Sequence record: SRR33789315_102 | Length of the DNA: 36,528 nucleotides | Strand: one strand, 5' to 3' | Part shown: one piece after another, positions 29,298-36,528 of the stretch | Layout: every line of letters starts with the position of its first letter | Numbering within the stretch: the stretch's first letter is position 1 | Notes under the pieces: generated by a model | What the model was told of the DNA's origin: nothing | The model's input: only the letters and a program-made list of their open reading frames with translations | The model's database searches: none | Program-made: the position numbers and the translations under genes

Positions 29298-29741
29298 TTA
29301 ATTTAAAGCAGATTCATATTTGGTTATATCTGCTCGTAGCCCATCTGGAATTTCTATTGATTTTCCTTGTGTTATATCAATTAATACTTGGACACTTTTT
29401 CCCTTAGCATGAATAATTTCGCTTCCGTCTTTTCCAGTACTCGTTATTACATATTCAATTTCAAAACTTTTAGAGCCTAAAGAAGAAGTTCGTAACTTAA
29501 TACAAGGTTTTACAGCTGTTAACTTTATTTCTTTATAATAGTCACATTCTATATGTGCAATAACAAACATGTTTTTTGTCCAATCCCATTGTTTACTAAC
29601 TGCTGGCATATATAGCCCGCGACCAATTTGAAAATATTCAAAATAATATACATTATTTACATGACCCAATGGGTCTAAATCATTCCAGCGAATAGCTAAT
29701 GGTAAAGCGTATTTAAAATTTTCAAGATTGAGATTTTGCAT
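29298..29741 (-). CDS. Acyl-CoA thioesterase (hot-dog fold, 4HBT/YbgC-like)
   Basis: RWNDLDPLGHVNNVYY motif. Confidence 0.9.
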   Translation of the reverse strand: MQNLNLENFKYALPLAIRWNDLDPLGHVNNVYYFEYFQIGRGLYMPAVSKQWDWTKNMFVIAHIECDYYKEIKLTAVKPCIKLRTSSLGSKSFEIEYVITSTGKDGSEIIHAKGKSVQVLIDITQGKSIEIPDGLRADITKYESALN

Positions 29742-29769
29742 ATTATTTTTTATGTGTGGAATTGCTACA

Positions 29770-30033
29770 TTAGACTGGACACCAAGTTGAGCGAATCTTT
29801 TTAAGGTTTAACTCTTTTGTTAAGTTTGATGATAAGGTATTGGGCATTCCAGTATCAAAGAGAAAGTTGTATTCTTTATCATTAATTGTGGCTTTTATTA
29901 TAGGAAGCCCGTAATCAAAATTAAATGGAATCTCTTTAAGATATTGGTTTAAAGTTATTTCGGGTACTTTTGTGGTTGAAGTATACCCAGATACTATAAA
30001 AATTAATGCTAAATAAGTAAATAGCTTATTCAT
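29770..30033 (-). pseudogene. Truncated retropepsin-like aspartyl protease
   Basis: IPF...IIKATINDKEYNFLFDTG as in 35550..36485, but stops after 87 aa. Expected lipobox position reads SGY. Confidence 0.75.
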
Positions 30034-30104
30034 ATGTTCTTTGTATTTGTTTAAATAATTTCAAATAGTCCTTTTCCTATTTTAGGCAATCATTAGTACT
30101 ATAT

Positions 30105-30734
30105 TTAATCAATTTCCATATGGTAAACGGCCTCAAGAAATTTTTTAGAAGCTTCTTTTTCTTTTTTATCTATTTTCAACTCTTTAAATACTCCAGCTAC
30201 TTTAATCATTTTCTCTGGCAGCTTTTGATCTCCTTTAGAATGAGCAATCAAAAAGTTTTTATCAGACTCTTGATCTCTTAATTCATAGACATCATATAAG
30301 TCAATTAATGGAAACATGGAAAATGTGGTTACATTTCCCGTAATAATAGGTATCATTATAAACCCTAAAAAATCAGTTTTAGATTCAATCAATTTTGGAA
30401 TTCCGGTTATGATGGCATTTGCACCTATTATTCCCTTAGCTTGAGCCTCAGATGGTAATAACTCGACTGGTTTGTACTTTAAATAAATCTTCTGTAGATT
30501 TTCTTCTAGTTTTGAGATAACAGCATTTCTATTTTCTTCATCTAATTTTGAAATAGACAACTCAAAAAATAAAATCATTTGTTGTTTATCATAAAATACA
30601 CCTCCCACTTTTCCTAATTCAGATTTAGAGATTATTCCGTCATCTGCTTTAGTCAAAATGTTATAAAATCTTCCTCCGTTATCTAGATTAGAAATGGCGT
30701 CAATACTAGTTTTGTAGGGTTCTATTTTTTTCAT
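30105..30734 (-). CDS. Hypothetical protein
   Basis: 209-aa ORF with one central hydrophobic stretch; no recognised motif. Confidence 0.7.
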   Translation of the reverse strand: MKKIEPYKTSIDAISNLDNGGRFYNILTKADDGIISKSELGKVGGVFYDKQQMILFFELSISKLDEENRNAVISKLEENLQKIYLKYKPVELLPSEAQAKGIIGANAIITGIPKLIESKTDFLGFIMIPIITGNVTTFSMFPLIDLYDVYELRDQESDKNFLIAHSKGDQKLPEKMIKVAGVFKELKIDKKEKEASKKFLEAVYHMEID

Positions 30735-30779
30735 CGGTTTTTGCTTGATCTTATTTTGGTTCTTATTATTTTGTTCTAG

Positions 30780-31613
30780 CTAGTTATTTTTGACGGTATG
30801 ATTTCTTTTCAAATTTTCACTTTTATAACCTTCAACAAATTGAAAAGGAATTGATTTTAAACCGTTATTGTTATTTACTGGAACCGAGCCATTAAAGTGT
30901 AAATGTTCAATATTTGTTTGTCCTGTTTTGCCTGACAGTGCTATAGGTTGCCCGCTTTCAACTTTGTTTCCAATTTTCACAAGACTACCATTTTGTACTA
31001 AATGAAGATATTGTGTAAATATTCCAGAATATGGATCATAAATTGTTATGTAATTTCCATAGGCTTTCCATTTATCTCCTTCACCTCCCAATTCATACCT
31101 ATCACTAACTCCAAAAACAAAACCATTTGTTGCCGAACAGATTGTATCCTTAATTTTAAGGTTGAAATCTATTGCATATCTAGAATAATCTGTATTATGA
31201 GTAGGTTTTGAGTTATTCCCTTGAATTATGCTATACTCTTTATTCTTGGCAAATGGAAGGTTCATTTTTAGCATTATAATGCTTTTTGAAGTATCTCCTA
31301 ATAGCGATGAAAACGAAATACTATAGTCCTCCTTTTTAACATCTGAGAATACTAATAACGTATCTGTTTTAGCTTTTAACAACACCGGATTGATCGTATT
31401 AAATCTGGTTTGCAATTCGATATTTGAAATTTTTATAAAAACTCGTAGCGTACTTTCTAAAGGATTCTTTAGTTCAATTTTTAATACATTATTTTCAAAA
31501 GTATGAGATGCTTGATAAGAATATTGTGAATATCTTTCGGCTGGTAGTTTAGTAGATTGACATCCTACAAGAAAAATGGAAATAAGAATTAATATATTGA
31601 TTGTTTTCAACAT
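30780..31613 (-). CDS. M23 family metallopeptidase lipoprotein
   Basis: Lipobox LVGC, H...YAIDF, YGNY, YLHL and HLHF motifs. Confidence 0.88.
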   Translation of the reverse strand: MLKTINILILISIFLVGCQSTKLPAERYSQYSYQASHTFENNVLKIELKNPLESTLRVFIKISNIELQTRFNTINPVLLKAKTDTLLVFSDVKKEDYSISFSSLLGDTSKSIIMLKMNLPFAKNKEYSIIQGNNSKPTHNTDYSRYAIDFNLKIKDTICSATNGFVFGVSDRYELGGEGDKWKAYGNYITIYDPYSGIFTQYLHLVQNGSLVKIGNKVESGQPIALSGKTGQTNIEHLHFNGSVPVNNNNGLKSIPFQFVEGYKSENLKRNHTVKNN

Positions 31614-31621
31614 TCTGGTCT

Positions 31622-31822
31622 AATGGGCTACAATACTCCTTTACAAATAGTTAATAATCAACTTGTTTATAGGTATTGGTCTTAGGAAAACTTCGTGATT
31701 TTAGCATCTAATATAACAAATAAAAACCAAAAAATACCTATAAACCGATCAGAAGAAATTCGTGAGTTTATAGAGTCTTGGCTTATAAGTTGACTCAAAC
31801 TAGGAATAAATAATCTACGCAG
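31622..31822 (-). repeat. Degenerate inter-gene spacer element, copy C
   Basis: Core TTTGGTTTTTATTTGTTATATTAG; ends TTGTAGCCCATT just before the M23 start. Confidence 0.5.
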
Positions 31823-32740
31823 TTATTTTATTTCAATTATTCGCTCTTCAATATTAGTTGTTTCTTCTGCACTTATTTCCTTAGTCTCAATACTATATAA
31901 TACCCAACCACTTTCTCCATGAATTCTTGACGCTGTATTTGTCTCATTTGTCAATGAAGGAAACTCATTTCTTGGTGGTAATAGGTCTCCAAATGTGCCC
32001 GATTTTTCTAAATAACGGTAAGTTTCATCAGTCAATTGCTCTGAATTTATAACTTGAGTTGATCTTAATATTGAATTTCCCTCAATATCATTTATTTCGT
32101 CTAGACCAAAACGGACATCTGTTTCAAAAGATTGCCCTCCATAATTGTTTACCGTTTCTAATTTTCCCTCTAACTCCTCACCTAGTTTATATTTTACTCC
32201 ATGAAATTGATAAAATTGCATAACATCTTTAATTGCATTTGCCTCAATAGATTCCTTTGTTGAATAAGCACTCATAGTAGTAGCAATTATTTTTTCAACA
32301 TTAGGAATATCCTTAAACTCATCCTTAAGAACGGCTGTAACTTTTGTTAGATAATCTTTAACTTCTTCCCAATTTACAACTTCTATAAATACACCATATT
32401 CATCTGTTTTTATTTTAACAGCAATATCATTCGCAATTGAGGTTAGTTTTCTAACCAATTCATTTTTTGTGTCTATGGAGTAATTTTTATAAAACCATTC
32501 AATAGTATAGCTATTTTCTGTTGAGTCGATTATCTTAATATCAACCTCATATTTAACTAATTCTCTTGAAATAGTGTCGTTGCTTTTTATCTTATATTTT
32601 TCGTAGGAAACATCATATGATTGAGTTTCTTGTTGTGACCAATATCCAATTACTTGAACGGTTGAATCTTTTACACTTATTTGTCCAAAAAAGGTTGATG
32701 AAATAAGGAATATTGTTCCAAATATGAATAGTTTATTCAA
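31823..32740 (-). CDS. Secreted hypothetical protein; start likely TTG 32740
   Basis: Signal-like NKLFIFGTIFLISSTFFGQ. The upstream ATG at 32764 lies in the spacer end CCGTTATGTGCA. Confidence 0.75.
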   Translation of the reverse strand: MNKLFIFGTIFLISSTFFGQISVKDSTVQVIGYWSQQETQSYDVSYEKYKIKSNDTISRELVKYEVDIKIIDSTENSYTIEWFYKNYSIDTKNELVRKLTSIANDIAVKIKTDEYGVFIEVVNWEEVKDYLTKVTAVLKDEFKDIPNVEKIIATTMSAYSTKESIEANAIKDVMQFYQFHGVKYKLGEELEGKLETVNNYGGQSFETDVRFGLDEINDIEGNSILRSTQVINSEQLTDETYRYLEKSGTFGDLLPPRNEFPSLTNETNTASRIHGESGWVLYSIETKEISAEETTNIEERIIEIK

Positions 32741-33087
32741 ATTGATTTTTGTTTTTGTGCACATAACGGTATTAAGTATGTAAAGATGTGGTTTTACTAC
32801 TTAAATAGAAGATTTAATCTTTTATTCTTTTCTTTATTCCTTTGTTATCGCTATATATTTTAGATAATCCATTCAAAGTATAAATTATTCCAAGTACTGT
32901 AAGACCATACTTTAAAGGAATATATTTTCTAATCTACTTGTGCCAGAGATAAAATAGTAGTAGTCATTTATTGGGTTTTGTTACAATTACATACATATCA
33001 TATTAATAGTTTACGTTTCCTAACATTCTAAGTTATGTTTATTTTTTTCAAAATGGGTTATTATTTATACGGCGATATAATTAGTTA

Positions 33088-33543
33088 TTATTCTTTTGTG
33101 TACTCGTAATTATCTCCGTCACAAGTTCCACCTAAGGTATTTTGCAATTTGTTATCAGTAGTAAGGATTAGTAATTGCTTATTTGTTTCCATAATACCAC
33201 AGTTAAAAAATATAGCATCAGAAGAAGAATAGGATAGTTCTAAAAACTTTTGAATACTGCCATCTTCATTACCATAAGTTTGAATTTTCATCTGTAATTA
33301 TAAAATTTCCATTAAGAGTAGCAACTGTATTATTTTCTATTGATATCCGTTCAAAAGTGCCATTTTCATTATCTTATACTAATGAGTTTCACTTGGATTA
33401 GGAGACATTGTATCACCAACCGAAGTATTTATTATTTTGGTCAAATTCCATTTTCCAAATACTGAGTTTTCTTTAATTTCATCATCATTATTACAACTAA
33501 ACAGCAATAAAAATAAGAGTGAAATTGTTGCTATTTTTTTAAT
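33088..33543 (-). pseudogene. Disrupted lipoprotein gene (lipocalin-like GKW motif)
   Basis: (ATT)KKIATISLLFLLLFSCNNDDEIKENSVFGKWNL..., then an in-frame TAG and two frameshifts leading into the 33088..33291 ORF. Confidence 0.75.
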
Positions 33544-33609
33544 TACTTAGAAATTAATTGTTTGCAATCTATAGATGCATTTGCTTTAAAAAGGTTGATT
33601 GAAATAGAT

Positions 33610-33758
33610 TAGTGTTTGTCTAAGATTGGTGGCATTGTTTCAATTTAGCTAATAAAAACCGAAACTTCCACTGGCAGGTAGGTAGAATCTCAAAGTTATC
33701 TGGATTCTGAAAAAGGACAGAAAGAAGCAATGGCATATAGTACATGTTGTTAACTGGC
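33610..33758 (-). repeat. Degenerate inter-gene spacer element, copy B
   Basis: Begins GCCAGTTAACAACATGTA directly after a TAA; core TTCGGTTTTTATTAGCTAAATTG. Confidence 0.55.
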
Positions 33759-33913
33759 TTATTTCTTTTCTTTCCCCCAATTTTTCAATTCTATATTAAG
33801 TTGTTCATTCACCTTTGGGCAAGAATGAAGTCCCAACTACACTTTTCTATTTTCTTTATATGCTTTAAGAAAATTCTGGCAAAATCACCTATAGTTATTA
33901 AAACCTCATTTTT

Positions 33914-35215
33914 TTAATCGGTTTTATTGACATAAATTTTTCCATCTTTCATTATAAATGCAACGTTTTCTATTGTAGAGATAAAATCATTAATTACATC
34001 TCCTTTTACAGCTATGATGTCCGCATTTGCTTGAGGATGTATATAGCCTATTTCACTCTCTTTATTTAATTGGGCTGCCGAAATATATGTGCTAGACTGT
34101 AGTATATTTAATGGCTTCATTCCTGCTTCAAAATAATATCTAAACATATCTATTGATGATTTTCCTCGGGATACCTTTATATCGGTATAATTATCAGAGC
34201 CAGCTACGATAGTGACTCCTTTAGCAATTGCCCTTTTTAACCTATCTTTCATTCTCTTAAGATAACTATCAACCCAATCTAACTCATTATCTTTATAACC
34301 AGCGAGTTTAGCATAGGTATTCATGTAAAATTTACTATTTTCTGTGGGCACTAAATAAATTTGCTTTTCAGCCATTTTAATTAAAGTACTATCTGCTAGA
34401 TTAAAACCATGTTCAATTCCATCAACACCAGCTTCAATTGCATTCCAGGCGGACTGGTTTGTAACACAATGAGCTGTTACCTTCAAATTGTATGAGCGTG
34501 CTGTTTTAACAATAGATTTTATTTCATCTAGTGTTAAATAAGTTTTATTTGGAATATTATCAGCGCAAATTTTAATTAAGTCTACATTTTGATTGATATG
34601 TTCACGGACAGCATTTTTTGCATCTTCTGGACTTGTTATGATTCGATATTCTAAATCTATTATATTCTGATGTTCAGGAAGTACACCATAAACTTGCCCA
34701 CCATTTGCGGCTAAAATAGGACCAGAAGCAAAAATACGTGGACCTTCAATCGTTCCTTCGTTAATAGCATCTCGAAGGGCTACGTCAAGGTATAAACCAG
34801 AGTTTCCAAGATCCTTGATACTTGTTATTCCTTGGTCTAAATAACTTTTGGCTCTTTTAGCACCCCGAAGCACTCTCAATGCATCACTTTCCATTGTTAA
34901 AGATTGAATACTGTGTTCTGCAAAATCTTCGTTGGCATCTTGGGAAAAAAATATATGTGTGTGAGCATCTATGAATCCAGGAAGAATAGTATACTCGGTT
35001 AAATCTATAAATTTATTATTTTTAGGAAGAGATTTAAATTCATCAATAGAGATGATTTTTGTTCCTTGTATTTGTATAAGCTTGTTTTTAAGTAGCTTAT
35101 TATTTTTGCTATCGTATAAATAACCAGCTTTGATATATGTGCTCTCTTGTTGTCCTAGTAATTGCGATGGTGAATAAATAGCAAGTATCATTAAAAAAAT
35201 AAGTGTTTTGTACAT
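33914..35215 (-). CDS. Secreted metal-dependent amidohydrolase (Xaa-Pro dipeptidase-like); start likely ATG 35215
   Basis: LPGFIDAHTH, DLIK, VTAH, IEHG, AGSD and ADIIAV motifs; signal peptide. Confidence 0.9.
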   Translation of the reverse strand: MYKTLIFLMILAIYSPSQLLGQQESTYIKAGYLYDSKNNKLLKNKLIQIQGTKIISIDEFKSLPKNNKFIDLTEYTILPGFIDAHTHIFFSQDANEDFAEHSIQSLTMESDALRVLRGAKRAKSYLDQGITSIKDLGNSGLYLDVALRDAINEGTIEGPRIFASGPILAANGGQVYGVLPEHQNIIDLEYRIITSPEDAKNAVREHINQNVDLIKICADNIPNKTYLTLDEIKSIVKTARSYNLKVTAHCVTNQSAWNAIEAGVDGIEHGFNLADSTLIKMAEKQIYLVPTENSKFYMNTYAKLAGYKDNELDWVDSYLKRMKDRLKRAIAKGVTIVAGSDNYTDIKVSRGKSSIDMFRYYFEAGMKPLNILQSSTYISAAQLNKESEIGYIHPQANADIIAVKGDVINDFISTIENVAFIMKDGKIYVNKTD

Positions 35216-35285
35216 GCCTATATTTTTTATTTGGTACAGAAATAAGTTAATCATGTATGGTCACTATTTTGTTTTTGAGCTGACT

Positions 35286-35396
35286 TCAATATAGGATTTT
35301 ACTGGCTCTTATTTTTGTGTGCTCGTGAATCGTCTTTTTAGAATCAACGCAACTCGATAACACTAAAATTATTAATATAACAATAATTCTTTTCAT
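35286..35396 (-). pseudogene. 36-aa lipoprotein N-terminal fragment (or very small lipoprotein)
   Basis: MKRIIVILIILVLSSCVDSKKTIHEHTKIRASKILY*; clear lipobox LSSC; translated by hand. Confidence 0.6.
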
Positions 35397-35549
35397 GCTT
35401 TCCGCTTGTTGCAATTTACTAGCACAATGTGTCAGTGCGTTATTTACGACAAAGGTAGCAAAAAGAAACTAGCCGCAGAATCTCGAAGGTTTAAGGTTCG
35501 TAAATAAGCTTGCACTAGCAATTAATTTTATAGGTTGTGCGTAGGCTTT
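35397..35549 (-). repeat. Inter-gene spacer element, copy A
   Basis: Begins AAAGCCTACGCACAACC directly after the protease stop. Core CTAGTTTCTTTTTGCTACCTTTG contains an exact TAnnTTTG box. Confidence 0.55.
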
Positions 35550-36485
35550 TTATTTCAAGTTAGTGTTTTCTATCAACTTTATTTTTTTACTATCCCAATT
35601 TAGAATAACACGATAATTTCTAAAAAAATCTGAACCAAACCTCTTACTCAAATATTGCTCTGAATATACTTTTTCGTTTTTTAGAGTAGAGTTTCCGAAT
35701 TCGATATCATTAATTGTTCCTTTATAAGATTCTCTTGTTACATCTTGACTTCCATAAATTCCAACAGTAGCATGAGTTGTCGATTTTGTGAAATCTGAAA
35801 TTTGACTATCTTCTATTTGCTTTTCAAATTCGGTAAATGGAATGACTATGCCTCCATTATAGCCAAAATCTACAGTAAAATTCCAAACTTTTTTTTCATT
35901 TATTTTACAAGCAATAGCAGGTACTCCTGCAACACCAATAAATAACTTATTCTCAATTATTTCTTCGGGTAAGTTTAATTTTGATTCGTTATCAGTTATG
36001 GTAATTTGTTTTTTGCCAAAATCAATATCCCAAATAGCGTGTTGCATTAAATTTGAACCTATAAATCCATCAATATTTAAAGAAGACCACATTGGTATAG
36101 AATTAAAGTCATTTATTAAGGCTACTGTATCAACAAAATCTAATGTTCCAATTTTAATTGTTTCTATTCTTGTATATTCATTAGATAGTTTTTTATTAAA
36201 AACATCAGAAGCTTTTATTGAATCAATAACTTTCAAATTTAAAGCTGCTGCAAGTTTTTTTGATACAAGACTGGGTGTTCCTGTGTCTAAAATAAAATTA
36301 TAATCCTTATTTTTTATTTTTGCTTGTACAATTATATATCCATTTTTTATCTCGAAAGGTAAAGTTACTTTAAAGTTTTCTTCAGCAGTTTTTCCTTCTT
36401 TAAGATACGTTACAGCCTTATTAACTGAACAGCTATTTATTAAAATAAATATTATCAAATAAATAAATGTTTTGGCTATTTTCAT
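35550..36485 (-). CDS. Retropepsin-like aspartyl protease lipoprotein, two-domain
   Basis: Lipobox INSC, FILDTG, DGFIG and second-lobe VDFG motifs. Confidence 0.85.
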   Translation of the reverse strand: MKIAKTFIYLIIFILINSCSVNKAVTYLKEGKTAEENFKVTLPFEIKNGYIIVQAKIKNKDYNFILDTGTPSLVSKKLAAALNLKVIDSIKASDVFNKKLSNEYTRIETIKIGTLDFVDTVALINDFNSIPMWSSLNIDGFIGSNLMQHAIWDIDFGKKQITITDNESKLNLPEEIIENKLFIGVAGVPAIACKINEKKVWNFTVDFGYNGGIVIPFTEFEKQIEDSQISDFTKSTTHATVGIYGSQDVTRESYKGTINDIEFGNSTLKNEKVYSEQYLSKRFGSDFFRNYRVILNWDSKKIKLIENTNLK

Positions 36486-36505
36486 TTTTTTGAATTTTAA
36501 TAAAT

Positions 36506-36528
36506 AATCCTCGAGGCAGAGCCGTCGA
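36506..36528. repeat. GC-rich REP-like palindrome truncated by the window end
   Basis: CCTCGAGGCAGAGCCGTCGA; TCGA-GGC arms pair with GCC-(G)-TCGA. Confidence 0.5.

Noticed and set aside
12459-36303. Other short antisense or out-of-frame ORFs (e.g. 12459-12713, 16988-17194, 21558-21770, 22087-22320, 22755-22946, 25581-25808, 25599-25811, 27301-27630, 27835-28047, 28745-28930, 31002-31211, 35998-36303)
   Set aside because: They overlap confidently assigned genes and have no independent support.
29742-36528. CRISPR array, prophage or IS as explanation for the accessory tract
   Set aside because: No regularly spaced identical repeats, and no cas, phage, transposase or integrase genes in the window.
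1-36528. tRNA or rRNA genes
   Set aside because: No cloverleaf or rRNA-like sequence recognised in the intergenic regions; the GC-rich patches at 2864-2940 and 11922-12010 are explained by attenuators.

Overview
AT-rich Bacteroidota window, most likely Flavobacteriaceae (inferred from gene content and TAnnTTTG-type promoters). Bases 1-28.2 kb are mostly core genes: arg genes (GNAT-argG-argC), gapN, ilvD-B-N-C-A, a four-gene signalling module, pxpABC, an MFS transporter, an M48 peptidase, GH31, glgB, two msrB paralogues, a lipoprotein and lpdA. Bases 28.3-36.5 kb are an accessory tract of co-oriented minus-strand single genes and gene fragments. Main observations not in the ORF track: (1) an Arg-rich 34-aa leader peptide with terminator/antiterminator upstream of the arg genes; (2) a probably leaderless Ile/Leu/Val-rich leader peptide attenuator upstream of ilvD; (3) an uncharacterised module of small protein + multi-TM protein + sensor-less histidine kinase + LuxR-type regulator, a candidate signalling system; (4) degenerate repeated spacers with attC-like ends between the accessory genes, suggesting a decaying integron-like cassette array; (5) a frameshifted maltokinase-like remnant upstream of glgB; (6) pxpB apparently needing a non-AUG start. 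All calls come from reading the sequence and recalled family motifs; no searches were run.
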